Below are positions 20,086-31,536 of a stretch of 64,000 bases of DNA, piece after piece; positions within the stretch are counted from its first letter, which is position 1, and each line of letters opens with the position of its first letter. The DNA is from Candidatus Tenderia sp. (GTDB lineage: Bacteria > Pseudomonadota > Gammaproteobacteria > Tenderiales > Tenderiaceae): positions 97,669 to 161,668 of the forward strand of contig JANOSY010000024.1 of NCBI GenBank assembly GCA_031416075.1, written 5' to 3'. Below the pieces are notes generated by a model that ran no database searches, was not told where the DNA came from, and saw only the letters and a program-made list of their open reading frames with translations. A program made the translations under genes and the position numbers.

Positions 20086-22155
20086 TCAGTCTAGCTGCAC
20101 CTTTACGCTCACATATGCTGAAGGGCCAATTTCATTTAACTCTGCAAAACTGGCCTTAGGTCGCAAGACTTCCATCTCTTCATATTTACCTAACGCATTT
20201 CTGATGACCAAAGCCACCTCAATCTCATCACTCATCATCACAAATTTCCTGCTTATTTTCACATCAAGGCGGTGCACAACACTTCTCACCGCCTCAGCAT
20301 CTGCCGACTCCCATCCCTGAATTTTATCAGTGAAGTAGTAACCAACACCGGCACTATACTCTTTGTCAAAATCAACCATATATAGCAGGCTTGCGCTATG
20401 TTTTGGGGCCATTAACACTGTTTTACCTGTGTCGGCATCACGCATATGGGTGTACGCATACCCCAAATAGAGACTGCTTCTCTCCGCCACAGTCAGCTTC
20501 GTCTCCAGCTCTACGCCTTTAATCACAATATGGCAACAGTTAAGATAGAGTGAGCTGTGCCCCAGACCAAATGTGCCGGGGTTATCAACTTTAAAGATCA
20601 ACTCACTAAGGTCATCACGATAGATTTTAGCGTCAAAAAAAGCGCTGTCTGCCCGTGTCGCCAGATGGTAACCGAGTTCAAACGAAGTGATCTTCTCAAC
20701 CCGCGTCTGCCGTGTCCCACCCCAGAAGAGCAGATCAAGCGCTGGGCCAGGGCCAGTCAATGTATTACCGCTATACAGATTGGTAGCTGCGCCATAGATA
20801 CCGTAATCCGTTGCATACTCAAACATCGACGGGGTTCGCACGGCCTTTGACCCCGTCAAGCGCACACTCTGCATTGGTGAAAAACTGTAATTAACCCCCA
20901 GTCGTGGCGACACCGCCGTGCCGGTCGTACTGTAATCTTCCACCATCAAACCTGCATTAAATAACCATGGGTTATTTGCGTTCCATTCAACATTCACAAA
21001 TCCATATTTAAGGTAATTATTGATGGTGACATCACCCATCAAATTTCTGCCGCCCCACACCTTGTCATCACGCAAACCACCCCCCCACGCCACACGCAAA
21101 TTATCAAGCGGGGAAACATTATGTTGCAGTGCAAGATCGTAACGATCGGTACGACGACCAAAATCAACTTCATTGTAGGGAGATACAGGATCAATGGCCA
21201 ATCCTGGCGCAAGCCGGAAGGCACCTGTATGAAATGATTCAACGTTATGGTTGTAGATATGGTAAAGCTGAACCGACAAACTCTCTCCCAGCCCTAATGT
21301 TCGCTCCCATTTAATGCTTTGGTTATGGTTTAGCTCATGTTTTTCACGATCCACACTCAAATCAGGCACATACCGATTTTCCACTTGGCGCGGTCCCATC
21401 CCAACCCCGCCGGAAAATGTTAACGCATCTATCGAACTCAGCGCATAATCGGCTCGCACCGAAAAAGTATTGGTACGCTTATCGTCATATCGTTTGGCAA
21501 AACCATCATCCTCGCTAAAACCAGCGCTAACCCGATAATCAAGCTTTCCACTTCCACCACCATGCCGCACAAAAATCTCGCGCACACCCTGCGTTCCAGC
21601 ATTCACTTTTATTGACGATACGCCACGGTCAAGAAGTGCTGAACGGGTAATGATATTGATCACCCCCAGAAAGGAGTTGGCCCCGTAACTGGCGGAATTA
21701 GGACCCCGTACAACTTCAATACGCTCAATATCATCCAGCGTCACATCCAGCGTAGACCAGGGAGTATCACCAATGGCTGTGGTATAGACCGAGCGGCCAT
21801 CAACCAATACCTGCATACGACGGGCATAACGCTCATCTGACATGTGATAGCTCACTGAAGCGGAGTGTCCGTCATGGTAACCAACAATAAACCCCGGCAC
21901 TAACCGAAACAGCTCCGGGATCTCCCGTGCCCCCGATGCCTCAATCATGCGTCTGTCGATCACAGTCACCGCCACTGGTGCATCCACAGCCAGCTGTGGC
22001 ATACGGGTTGCCGACATAACGACCGGCATATCCCCCCAGAAAACCTCCTCAGACAATGGTGAACTCATCTCATCTGCATGCAGGTTCATAGCAATAAGTG
22101 GTAGAGCCAGACCCACTATCCCCAAATGTTTTTTACTGTTTTTAATTGTAGACAC
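20086..22155 (-). CDS. TonB-dependent receptor
   Basis: Plug domain APVAVTVIDRRMIEASGAREIPELFRLVPG and DIERIEVVRGPNSASYGANSFLGVINIIT, followed by beta-barrel pattern. Confidence 0.92.
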   Translation of the reverse strand: MSTIKNSKKHLGIVGLALPLIAMNLHADEMSSPLSEEVFWGDMPVVMSATRMPQLAVDAPVAVTVIDRRMIEASGAREIPELFRLVPGFIVGYHDGHSASVSYHMSDERYARRMQVLVDGRSVYTTAIGDTPWSTLDVTLDDIERIEVVRGPNSASYGANSFLGVINIITRSALLDRGVSSIKVNAGTQGVREIFVRHGGGSGKLDYRVSAGFSEDDGFAKRYDDKRTNTFSVRADYALSSIDALTFSGGVGMGPRQVENRYVPDLSVDREKHELNHNQSIKWERTLGLGESLSVQLYHIYNHNVESFHTGAFRLAPGLAIDPVSPYNEVDFGRRTDRYDLALQHNVSPLDNLRVAWGGGLRDDKVWGGRNLMGDVTINNYLKYGFVNVEWNANNPWLFNAGLMVEDYSTTGTAVSPRLGVNYSFSPMQSVRLTGSKAVRTPSMFEYATDYGIYGAATNLYSGNTLTGPGPALDLLFWGGTRQTRVEKITSFELGYHLATRADSAFFDAKIYRDDLSELIFKVDNPGTFGLGHSSLYLNCCHIVIKGVELETKLTVAERSSLYLGYAYTHMRDADTGKTVLMAPKHSASLLYMVDFDKEYSAGVGYYFTDKIQGWESADAEAVRSVVHRLDVKISRKFVMMSDEIEVALVIRNALGKYEEMEVLRPKASFAELNEIGPSAYVSVKVQLD

Positions 22156-22378
22156 TGAAATTTAAAACCCCATATGTAACCACTAGCCCCCTCCCCGAGC
22201 ATGTATATTAGTCAATCACGTCACACTTATATACCCTTATATACCTCCCAACCCATCACTTAACAGAAACCATACCTACGGCGAGCACCCCGCAACACCC
22301 GATTCACTCAGACTTTTCCCGCAACAGGTCGATAACCCAAACAGACCCAATATCTGTACTAACAGAAAGGGAGCGGCG

Positions 22379-24235
22379 ATGAGCAAACTGTTTGAAGGGC
22401 TTGAACGCATCGAAGAGGCGCGTGAACAGATCAAAGGTGCCAGCTTCATGTCCGGCCTCTACACTGGCAGACCCGACTTCGATCTACTGCTGCCCCCGCC
22501 CGAATCAGCCGAAGAGAGGGCTGTTGGTCTGGCCTACTGCCAAGAGATCGAGACCTTCCTCATCAACCACGTTAATGCCGACGAGATCGAACGCAGTGGC
22601 AAGATCCCTGAATCAGTATTAAACGGCCTGCTGGCGATGGGTGCCTTTGGCATGAAGATCCCCACGGAGTACGGCGGTCTCGGCTTCTCCCACACCAACT
22701 ACGGCCGCGTGCTAACTGTGATCGCCAGCTGGAGCAACATCCTCTCGCTCACCGTCGCCGTACCGCAGTCGATCGGCATCGCCATGCCGATCATGCTCTA
22801 CGGCAACCAGCAGCAGAAGGATAAATACCTGCCCATCGTCGCCCGCCACGCCATCTCCGCCTTTGCACTGACAGAGCCGACCACCGGCTCCGACGCCGCC
22901 AACGTGCAGACCGAAGCAGTGCTGAGCAGCGACGGCAACTACTACACCATCAACGGCAACAAACAGTGGTGCACCAACAGCCCCATCGCCCGTTACCTGA
23001 CGCTGATCGCCCGTGTACCCGCCCGCAAGGAGAATGGCCGCTGGGTGGCTGTGCCCAATGGTGAAGGGGCCGAATCAAAGGTCCACACCGCCCTTATCCT
23101 CGACATGCAAACGCCTGGCGTGGTGGTCAATCAGCGCTGCGAATTCGAAGGGTGTCGCGGTATCGAAAACGGTTTCATGACCTACACCGATGTAAAAATT
23201 CCTGCTGACTGTGTCATTGGCGAGATCGGCAGCGGCCTCAAATACGCGCTCTCAATCCTCAACATCGGTCGCGCCGTGAGTGTGCCCGCCATCTGCCTAG
23301 GCATGGCCAAACAGGCGTGGCAGCCCACTCTCGACCGCGCCAACAGCCGCATCACCTTTGGCAAACCGTTGTCATCACGGCAGACGCAGCAGATCCGTAT
23401 CGGCAAGATGGCCACCAGCCTCTTTGCCATGGAGGCGTTATGTGAATTGGCGTGGCAGATGGCTGATCAAAAACAGTACGACGTACGTATTGAGGCCGCC
23501 CTCACCAAGATCATCTGCTCTGAGCAGACAATCCAGTTTCTCAATGACGCCCAGGTGATCTTCGGCGGCATGGGTTATGAGACTGCCGACTCCAAACGGG
23601 TGCGCGGTGAACCCGCCTTTGGCCTGGAGCAGCTGGTGCGCGACGCGACCATGTATCGCATCGGCGAAGGGGCTACTGACATCCTGCGCCCCTTTGTTGC
23701 CCGTGAAGGACTCAATATCCATCTCGAACAGATTAAAGACACAATGGATGACGGCATCAAACTCAGCGCCCTACCGCGCCTGCTACGTTTTTATATCCCC
23801 TGGTACCTGCGCCAGTGGAAGAGACAACCTATCCCCAATGGTTCCGAATTTAACCATCCACGCGTACGCATAAAGCTGGAATATATAGAGAACACCAGCC
23901 GCGCCCTGGCACGGCGCATCTTCTACGCCATGCTCATCTGCCGCGAGTCGATGCGTGACGACCAGGGGCGACAAAACCGTATCGACATCGTTGGTGAAGA
24001 GCTCTTCACCATCATCGCTACCGCACTGCACGCACAGAAGATCAACCAGGAGTACGCCTGGCAGCTCGCTGATGAACAATACCGCATCAGCAAAAAACTG
24101 ATTTGCACCACACTCAAAGGGCTACTGATCAACGATGATCATGAACATGAAGCCATTGGTTTACGAGCCATCAAGGGTGATTACAACGCCCTCAACGACG
24201 GCATCATTCAGCGCGGGCTGGATGATTACCATTAA
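22379..24235 (+). CDS. Long (ACAD9/VLCAD-like) acyl-CoA dehydrogenase
   Basis: AFALTEPTTGSDA, INGNKQWCTN, GGMGY and RIGEGATDILR motifs; C-terminal extension. Confidence 0.9.
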   Translation: MSKLFEGLERIEEAREQIKGASFMSGLYTGRPDFDLLLPPPESAEERAVGLAYCQEIETFLINHVNADEIERSGKIPESVLNGLLAMGAFGMKIPTEYGGLGFSHTNYGRVLTVIASWSNILSLTVAVPQSIGIAMPIMLYGNQQQKDKYLPIVARHAISAFALTEPTTGSDAANVQTEAVLSSDGNYYTINGNKQWCTNSPIARYLTLIARVPARKENGRWVAVPNGEGAESKVHTALILDMQTPGVVVNQRCEFEGCRGIENGFMTYTDVKIPADCVIGEIGSGLKYALSILNIGRAVSVPAICLGMAKQAWQPTLDRANSRITFGKPLSSRQTQQIRIGKMATSLFAMEALCELAWQMADQKQYDVRIEAALTKIICSEQTIQFLNDAQVIFGGMGYETADSKRVRGEPAFGLEQLVRDATMYRIGEGATDILRPFVAREGLNIHLEQIKDTMDDGIKLSALPRLLRFYIPWYLRQWKRQPIPNGSEFNHPRVRIKLEYIENTSRALARRIFYAMLICRESMRDDQGRQNRIDIVGEELFTIIATALHAQKINQEYAWQLADEQYRISKKLICTTLKGLLINDDHEHEAIGLRAIKGDYNALNDGIIQRGLDDYH

Positions 24236-24334
24236 CCCCTAAAAAGGTGAAGGTGCTGCCAGTACACTATATTTAGACCCACAAATACACCACGGAAGGA
24301 CGATGATCGATAGAGAGTAGAGAGGTTGAAAGAG

Positions 24335-25471
24335 ATGAACGCATCAGAGAGACCCGACCACAGCAACCCCCTTGGCAGCGAGACCAGAGTCGTCGCCTTC
24401 GAGATCAAACACACCCAGATCATCGACCACCACGGCGCTCCCCTCGGCCCACTTCCCGATTTTGCCAAAAACCCAGCGGAACTGATCAAACTCTATCGCG
24501 CCATGGTGCTCACACGCCTCTTCGACAACAAAGCGATTGCACTGCAACGCACCGGCAAGATGGGTACCTACGCCTCATCCAACGGCCAGGAGGGGGTCGC
24601 CGTCGGCATGGGCAGCGCCATGCAACCATGCGACGTCTTTGCCCCCGTCTACCGAGAATATGGCACGCAGTTTATGCGCGGCGTCGCCATGCACGAGATC
24701 CTGCTCTACTGGGGTGGTGACGAACGTGGCATGAACTACGCGCAACAGCGTCAGGACTTCCCCATCTCCGTGCCCATCGCCAGCCAGATCCCTCACACCG
24801 TTGGTGCAGCGTTTGCCATGAAGCTACGCAAAGAGCCACGTGTCAGCGTCGGCGTGCTCGGTGATGGCGCATCGTCAAAAGGGGACTTCTATGAATCACT
24901 CAACATCGCCGGTGCCTGGCAACTGCCAGTGGTAATTGTGATCGTCAACAACCAGTGGGCCATCTCGCTGCCACGTCACGAACAGAGTTTCGCCGCTACC
25001 CTGGCACAAAAGGGCATCGCAGCAGGTGTCCCCTGCGAACAGGTGGACGGCAACGACGTCATCGCCATGCGCTATATTATGGAGCGGGCACTCGAACGCG
25101 CCCGCAACGGTGACGGTCCGACACTCATCGAGGCACTCACCTACCGCATGAGTGACCATACCACTGCCGACGACGCCAGCCGCTATCGCCCACCCGCTGA
25201 GCTGGAGGGGCAGCGCCAGTTTGATCCGATCATGCGTTTAAAAAATTATCTCACCCGCAACGTTGACTGGGACGATGCAAAAGAGCAGGCGTTACAGGCC
25301 GAGTGCAGTGCCGAAATCGAGAGCGAGGTGAAACTCTACCTCGATACACCACCCATGCCGCCCGAAAGCATGTTTGACCACCTCTACGAAACCCTGCCCG
25401 CCATCTATAAAGAGCAGCGTGACGAAGTAATTCGGCTTGGTTCTACAAGGGGAGGAGAAGATCATGGCTGA
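24335..25471 (+). CDS. pdhA: 2-oxoacid (pyruvate/branched-chain) dehydrogenase E1 alpha
   Basis: TPP motif GDGASSKGDFYESLN..NN; YRMSDHTTADD. Confidence 0.92.
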   Translation: MNASERPDHSNPLGSETRVVAFEIKHTQIIDHHGAPLGPLPDFAKNPAELIKLYRAMVLTRLFDNKAIALQRTGKMGTYASSNGQEGVAVGMGSAMQPCDVFAPVYREYGTQFMRGVAMHEILLYWGGDERGMNYAQQRQDFPISVPIASQIPHTVGAAFAMKLRKEPRVSVGVLGDGASSKGDFYESLNIAGAWQLPVVIVIVNNQWAISLPRHEQSFAATLAQKGIAAGVPCEQVDGNDVIAMRYIMERALERARNGDGPTLIEALTYRMSDHTTADDASRYRPPAELEGQRQFDPIMRLKNYLTRNVDWDDAKEQALQAECSAEIESEVKLYLDTPPMPPESMFDHLYETLPAIYKEQRDEVIRLGSTRGGEDHG

Positions 25472-26444
25472 GATCACGATGGTAGAGGCGATCAACCTGG
25501 CGCTGGCACGAGCACTGGAAGAGGACCAGAATGTTGTAGTCTTTGGTGAAGATGTGGGTGCCAATGGCGGTGTCTTCCGTGTCACCACTGGATTGCAAAA
25601 GCGGTTTGGTAGTGAGCGGGTACTCGATACGCCGTTGGCCGAGACCGCCATCGCCGGCATGGCGGTCGGCATGGCCACACAGGGGATCAGACCCGTCATC
25701 GAGATTCAATTCATGGGCTTTATCTACTCCGCCGTTGACCAGATCATCAACCACGCTTCACGCATGCGTAACCGCACCCGTGGCCGCCTCACCTGCCCAA
25801 TGGTGCTACGCACACCCCACGGCGGTGGCATTCACGCCCCAGAACACCATTGCGAAAGTACCGAGTCGATGTTTGCCCACATGCCCGGTCTACGGGTTGT
25901 CATCCCCTCATCACCACAACGTGCCTACGGCCTACTGCTAGCGGCGATCCGCGATCCTGACCCGGTTATTTTTCTTGAACCATCGCGCCTCTATCGCCTG
26001 ATGAAAGAGGAGGTGATCGACAACGGCGAAGCGCTGCCACTCGATGTCTGCTTCCAACTCCGTGATGGCAAAGATGTCACCCTCGTCACTTGGGGCGCGA
26101 TGATTCACGAAACCATGCAGGCGGCAGATCAACTGGCCAGCGAGGGGATCAGCGCTGAAGTGATCGACGTCGCCACCCTCAAACCACTCGACATGGAGAC
26201 CATCCTCACCTCCGTCACCAAAACCGGGCGTTGCGTCATCGTGCACGAAGCGGCACGTACCTGCGCCATCGGCTCAGAGATCGCCGCGCAACTCGCTGAA
26301 CGTGGCCTAATGTCACTCTTTGCACCAGTACAACGTGTCACCGGCTACGACACCATCATGCCGCTCTTCCGGCTCGAGAAACTGTACATCCCCAGCACCG
26401 AACGAATCGTGGCAGCGGTCAAAAAGACACTGGAGGTATCATGA
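25464..26444 (+). CDS. pdhB: 2-oxoacid dehydrogenase E1 beta
   Basis: GEDVGANGGVFRVT, DTPLAE, EIQFMGF and HAPEHH motifs. Confidence 0.92.
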   Translation: MAEITMVEAINLALARALEEDQNVVVFGEDVGANGGVFRVTTGLQKRFGSERVLDTPLAETAIAGMAVGMATQGIRPVIEIQFMGFIYSAVDQIINHASRMRNRTRGRLTCPMVLRTPHGGGIHAPEHHCESTESMFAHMPGLRVVIPSSPQRAYGLLLAAIRDPDPVIFLEPSRLYRLMKEEVIDNGEALPLDVCFQLRDGKDVTLVTWGAMIHETMQAADQLASEGISAEVIDVATLKPLDMETILTSVTKTGRCVIVHEAARTCAIGSEIAAQLAERGLMSLFAPVQRVTGYDTIMPLFRLEKLYIPSTERIVAAVKKTLEVS

Positions 26445-27562
26445 CTATTTTTAAACTCCCCGATCTGGGCGAAGGGCTGCAAGAGGCGGAGATTGTTGAA
26501 TGGCTGATCAAAGAGGGCGATGAGGTTGCCCTTGATCAACCGATCCTCTCGGTCGAAACCGCCAAGGCAATTGTTGACGTCCCCAGCCCTGAAAAGGGAC
26601 GTGTTAAAAAACTCTTTGTGAAGGCGGGTGACATTCCCAAGGTCGGCGCACCACTGGTGGAGTTTGAAACTGTTGCAACCCCTGAAGAGAAACAAGATAC
26701 CGGTACCGTCGTCGGCCAGATGGAGATCAATAGAGGGGTAGTGAAAGAGGCGGCCGCCGTTGTTGGCAAGGCCAACAGCGCGGGTGGTGGCATCAAAGCA
26801 ACCCCCGCTGTACGTGCCCTCGCCCACCGCATGAATGTTGACCTTGCCGTTGTCACCCCCACGGGGGCAGATGGCGTCATCATCTCTGCCGATGTTGAGC
26901 GCGCCGCCAAAACACTCTCACAAGCCGGGCCACTCGAACCGATGCGTGGTGTGCGTCGCGCCATGGCCCACATCATGGCCCAGGCCCATGCTGAGGTGGC
27001 CGATGTCACCATCGTTGACGACGCCGATATCAACGACTGGCTGCCAGGAACCGATGCCACACTGCGATTGATCCGTGCCATCGTCATCGCCTGCAAGGTC
27101 GAGCCATCACTCAACGCCTGGTTCGACAGCAAAGAGATGGGGCGACGCCTGCTCAAACATGTCGATATCGGTGTTGCCGTGGATACCGAAGAGGGGCTCT
27201 TTGTCCCGGTACTGCGCGATGTCGCCAAACGGACCAATGCCGATCTGCGTGATGCCCTTAACAAGATCAAGGAGCACGTCAAGGCGCGCACCATTCCACC
27301 AGAAGAGATGCGCGGCTATACCATCACCCTCTCCAACTTCGGTGCCCTCGGTGGTCGTTATGCCGATCCGATTGTAGTACCACCCACTGTAGCGATACTC
27401 GGCGCAGGACGGATGCGTGATGAGGTGGTGCCCTGCAATGGTGAAATCGTAATTCATCGCATCATGCCGCTGTCGCTGACGGTTGATCATCGTGCAGTGA
27501 CCGGTGGTGAGGCTGCGCGGTTTTTGATGGCTGTTATAAAAGATTTGAAAAAGGCGGATTAA
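26441..27562 (+). CDS. pdhC: Dihydrolipoamide acyltransferase E2
   Basis: Lipoyl motif VETAKA, E3-binding ATPAVRALA, catalytic DHRAVTG. Confidence 0.92.
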   Translation: MTIFKLPDLGEGLQEAEIVEWLIKEGDEVALDQPILSVETAKAIVDVPSPEKGRVKKLFVKAGDIPKVGAPLVEFETVATPEEKQDTGTVVGQMEINRGVVKEAAAVVGKANSAGGGIKATPAVRALAHRMNVDLAVVTPTGADGVIISADVERAAKTLSQAGPLEPMRGVRRAMAHIMAQAHAEVADVTIVDDADINDWLPGTDATLRLIRAIVIACKVEPSLNAWFDSKEMGRRLLKHVDIGVAVDTEEGLFVPVLRDVAKRTNADLRDALNKIKEHVKARTIPPEEMRGYTITLSNFGALGGRYADPIVVPPTVAILGAGRMRDEVVPCNGEIVIHRIMPLSLTVDHRAVTGGEAARFLMAVIKDLKKAD

Positions 27563-27615
27563 GCAGCTTAACCCCGACTCCTCAATGGAGAGGAGATAAA
27601 AGAGAAGGCCCTGAT

Positions 27616-28488
27616 ATGAATACCTACTCAGCAGGAAAACGTCTTCGTGATGCACTCCTTATAGAGCGCCCCTTGCAGATGGCTGGTGCCATCAACGCCT
27701 ACTGCGCCCTGCTCGCTGAACACGCCGGTTTTAACGCGCTCTATATCTCCGGCGCCGGGATTGCCAACGCCTCTTACGGTCTACCCGATCTTGGTTTTAC
27801 CACGCTCGATAATGTGGTCGAGGATATTCACCGTATCACCCATGCCACACACCTACCACTGCTGGTGGATGCCGACACTGGCTTTGATGATATCGCCACC
27901 ACCACTGAACGTTTCATCGCTGCCGGTGCTGCAGGAATGCACATCGAAGATCAGGTGACACAGAAACGCTGCGGCCACCGCCCCAATAAAAAACTGGTGA
28001 GCAGCGATGAGATGTGTGACCGCATCCGCACCGCCGTCTCGGCCCGTAGCGATCCAAACTTCGTCATCATGGCTCGCAGTGATGCCCTCGCTGTGGAGGG
28101 TATGGCGTCGGCACTGCAACGTATCCAACACTACGTTGATGCTGGCGCTGACATGATCTTCCCGGAGGCGCTGACCGCACTGGTGCAGTATCAACAGATT
28201 CGTAACACCATTAATGTACCGATCCTCGCCAACATCACCGAGTTTGGCAAGACACCGCTGTTCACTGTCGCTGAGTTGCAGAGCGCCAGTGTCGATATCG
28301 CGCTCTATCCACTCACCGCCTTCCGCGCCATGAGCGCCGCCGCGCTCGATGTCTACACCACCCTGCGTACCACGGGCACACAAACAACGCTGCTCGACAA
28401 GATGCAAACACGTGAAGAGCTATACCACCACCTCGACTACTACCGTTATGAACAGCAACTGGATAAGGAGCTGGATCATGGAGAATGA
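27616..28488 (+). CDS. prpB: 2-methylisocitrate lyase
   Basis: [15 protein letters not shown] and [11 protein letters not shown] motifs. Confidence 0.95.
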   Translation: MNTYSAGKRLRDALLIERPLQMAGAINAYCALLAEHAGFNALYISGAGIANASYGLPDLGFTTLDNVVEDIHRITHATHLPLLVDADTGFDDIATTTERFIAAGAAGMHIEDQVTQKRCGHRPNKKLVSSDEMCDRIRTAVSARSDPNFVIMARSDALAVEGMASALQRIQHYVDAGADMIFPEALTALVQYQQIRNTINVPILANITEFGKTPLFTVAELQSASVDIALYPLTAFRAMSAAALDVYTTLRTTGTQTTLLDKMQTREELYHHLDYYRYEQQLDKELDHGE

Positions 28489-29596
28489 GCATAAAGGTCT
28501 GGCGGGCATCGTCGCCGGTCGCACCGCCATCTCAACAGTGGAGACAACGGGCAGCGGCCTCTTCTATCGTGGTTACTCCATCAACGATCTGGCTGAACAT
28601 GCCAGCTTTGAAGCGGTGGCCTATCTGCTGATCCACGGCGCACTGCCCAATGAGATCGAACTGGGACACTACAAACAGAAGCTGCAATCACTGCGTGAGA
28701 TCCCCGGCGCACTCAAACTCATGCTCGAACACATTCCAACCACCGCCCACCCCATGGACGTACTGCGCACTGGCTGCTCCATGCTCGGCACGCTGGAGCC
28801 GGAGACAAAAGATAATCCTGCCGAAGAGATTGCCGACCGTTTGCTCGCCTGCTTTGGTTCGATGCTGCTCTACTGGTATCACTTTCACCAAAGTGGCAAA
28901 CGGATTCATGTCACTAATAATGAAGAGGGGGTTGCCGGTCACTTTTTCCATCTACTGCACAACAGACAACCCCATGGCGAAGAGCAGCGCGCTATTGATG
29001 TCTCGCTGATACTCTACGCTGAACATGAGTTCAACGCCTCCACCTTTACCGCACGTGTCACCACCTCAACACTTTCCGATTTCTATTCAGCCATCTGTAG
29101 CGCTATCGGCACACTACGCGGTCCATTACACGGTGGTGCCAACGAAGCGGCGATGGAGCTGCTTAACCGTTTTAAAGATGCGGATGAGGCGGAACACGGC
29201 ATAATGAAAATGCTGGAGGATCATCAACTGGTGATGGGCTTTGGCCACCGCGTCTACAAACAGGGCGACCCGCGCTCCTCCATCATCAAAGCCTGGTCAA
29301 AAAAGCTGGCGGACCATCACAACGGCGCAACACTCTTCGAGATCTCTGAACGGATCGAGCAGGTGGTGATGCGTGAAAAGAAGATGTGTCCCAATCTTGA
29401 TTTTTACAGCGCCTCTGCCTACCACTACTGCGGCATACCTACGTCACTCTTCACGCCGATCTTTGTTATCGCCCGTACCAGCGGCTGGGCGGCACACATC
29501 ATCGAACAGCGCCGCGAAAACAGATTGATCCGACCAACGGCTGAGTACGTCGGTCCCGCGCCCAGGCCATTTCCAAATAATAAAGGCATCCAGTGA
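28478..29596 (+). CDS. prpC: 2-methylcitrate synthase
   Basis: [28 protein letters not shown] and PNLDF motifs; lies between prpB and prpD. Confidence 0.94.
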   Translation: MENEHKGLAGIVAGRTAISTVETTGSGLFYRGYSINDLAEHASFEAVAYLLIHGALPNEIELGHYKQKLQSLREIPGALKLMLEHIPTTAHPMDVLRTGCSMLGTLEPETKDNPAEEIADRLLACFGSMLLYWYHFHQSGKRIHVTNNEEGVAGHFFHLLHNRQPHGEEQRAIDVSLILYAEHEFNASTFTARVTTSTLSDFYSAICSAIGTLRGPLHGGANEAAMELLNRFKDADEAEHGIMKMLEDHQLVMGFGHRVYKQGDPRSSIIKAWSKKLADHHNGATLFEISERIEQVVMREKKMCPNLDFYSASAYHYCGIPTSLFTPIFVIARTSGWAAHIIEQRRENRLIRPTAEYVGPAPRPFPNNKGIQ

Positions 29597-31026
29597 TGAG
29601 CAACATTAACCACAATACCCGCCCACCATTCGACACACTATTAGTAGAGATTGCCCACTACGCCCAGCACTACAACAGCGCCAGCGCCGAAGCGCTCGAC
29701 ACCGCCCGCTACTGCCTGATGGATGCGCTTGGCTGCGCCATGTTGGCATTACATGAACCGGAGTGTCAGCGCCATCTTGGCCCCATCGTTCCCGGCGCTG
29801 TATTGACCAACGGCGTGCGTGTGCCCGGCACAACATATGAACTTGATCCGGTACAGGCGGCCCACAACATCGGCAGCATGGTACGCTGGCTCGATTACAA
29901 CGACACCTGGCTCGCCGCCGAGTGGGGCCACCCCTCCGACAACCTGGGCGCCATTCTCGCCTGTGCCGATTACATCAGCCGCCAAGGCACAACACCACTC
30001 ACCATGAACGACGTGCTCAACGCCATGATCAAGGCCTATGAGATTCAGGGGGTGCTGGCACTCAACCACAGCTTCAACCGTGTTGGTATCGACCATGTAA
30101 TCTTGGTCAAGATCGCCTCTACTGCTGTCGCCACCGCACTGCTTGGCGGCGACCAACAGGCCATCATCAACGCCCTCGCCAACGCCTGGCTCGATGGCGG
30201 TACCCTGCGTACCTATCGCCACGCCCCCAATACCGGCTGGCGCAAGTCGTGGGCGGCAGGCGACGCCACAGCCCGCGCCGTACGCCACGCCCATCTCGCC
30301 CTCAAGGGTGAGATGGGTTACCCCAGCGCCCTCACTGCACCGCAATGGGGGTTTCAGGATGTGGTGTTTAAGGGACAACCGCTAACACTGGCGCAACCCT
30401 TAGGTTGTTATGTGATGGAGCAGATCCTCTTCAAAGTAAGTTACCCGGTGGAGTTCCACGCCCAGACCGCCGTGGAGTGTGCCATTCAGCTGCACAACAA
30501 AATCAAGTCACGTTTTGCCGAAATCGATCACATCAAATTAACCACACAAGAGCCAGCGATGCGCATCATTAATAAAACCGGCCCACTGCACAACCACGCC
30601 GACCGCGACCACTCGCTACAATACGCCGTTGCCATCGGCCTGCTCTTTGGTGACCTTGAGAGCCGCCACTACAGCGATGAAGTGGCAGAGGATCCGCGCA
30701 TCGACCATCTACGCAGCAAGATGGTGGTAAGCGAAAACAGAAGTTACAGTCACGACTACCTTGATCCGGAAAAACGCTCTATCGCCAACAGCATCGCCAT
30801 CCACCTCAAGGATGGCAGCGTGGAACAGGCCACAGTCGAGTACCCCATCGGTCACCGCCGTCGTCGCGATCAGGCCAAGCCGCTGTTGATCGAAAAGTTT
30901 GAGACGAGTCTCGACACCATCTTCCCTGTCCCGCGAGCCGAGCAACTGCTTAAGCTTATGCAGGATCCAACACAGCTGGCCGCCATGCCTGTTGATCAAT
31001 TCATGGCGCTGTGGGTGAAAATATGA
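29596..31026 (+). CDS. prpD: 2-methylcitrate dehydratase
   Basis: [29 protein letters not shown] and [10 protein letters not shown] motifs. Confidence 0.96.
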   Translation: MSNINHNTRPPFDTLLVEIAHYAQHYNSASAEALDTARYCLMDALGCAMLALHEPECQRHLGPIVPGAVLTNGVRVPGTTYELDPVQAAHNIGSMVRWLDYNDTWLAAEWGHPSDNLGAILACADYISRQGTTPLTMNDVLNAMIKAYEIQGVLALNHSFNRVGIDHVILVKIASTAVATALLGGDQQAIINALANAWLDGGTLRTYRHAPNTGWRKSWAAGDATARAVRHAHLALKGEMGYPSALTAPQWGFQDVVFKGQPLTLAQPLGCYVMEQILFKVSYPVEFHAQTAVECAIQLHNKIKSRFAEIDHIKLTTQEPAMRIINKTGPLHNHADRDHSLQYAVAIGLLFGDLESRHYSDEVAEDPRIDHLRSKMVVSENRSYSHDYLDPEKRSIANSIAIHLKDGSVEQATVEYPIGHRRRRDQAKPLLIEKFETSLDTIFPVPRAEQLLKLMQDPTQLAAMPVDQFMALWVKI

Positions 31027-31526
31027 CAACCAAACGCGACTACTTTCAGCACGCCATGCCCGGTGATTTCTGTTTTGGCTGTGGTAGCGCAAACCCGGCA
31101 GGACTGCACATTCACAGCTACTGGGACGACGATGGAAAAGAGGCGATCTGCCACTGGCAGGCCGGAGAGCTTCATCAAGGGTGGCAGGGTGTCACCTGCG
31201 GCGGCATCATCGCCACGCTCATCGACTGCCACTGCATGGCCACCGCCATGGCCACGGCAATCCGCAACGAGAACCGCCCGCTCACGTCAGAACCGTACCT
31301 GCGTTTCGCCACCGGCTCACTCAATGTTAAATATCTGCAACCCGCCCCGATTGATCGGCCACTGGAACTACGCGCCCATGTGACGGAGATCAAAAACAAA
31401 AAAAAATATACGCTGGAGTGTAGTTTATACCTCGATGGTAAAAAAACCGCCGAAGCAATCGTGGTCGCATTTCTGGTCTATCGCAGCGACCAGCCAGAGG
31501 GGCAAGACTCAAAGTTCAACACATAA
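31023..31526 (+). CDS. PaaI/hotdog-fold thioesterase
   Basis: [12 protein letters not shown] and [11 protein letters not shown] motifs; ATGA overlap with prpD. Confidence 0.85.
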   Translation: MTTKRDYFQHAMPGDFCFGCGSANPAGLHIHSYWDDDGKEAICHWQAGELHQGWQGVTCGGIIATLIDCHCMATAMATAIRNENRPLTSEPYLRFATGSLNVKYLQPAPIDRPLELRAHVTEIKNKKKYTLECSLYLDGKKTAEAIVVAFLVYRSDQPEGQDSKFNT

Positions 31527-31536
31527 TACTTCGCAA

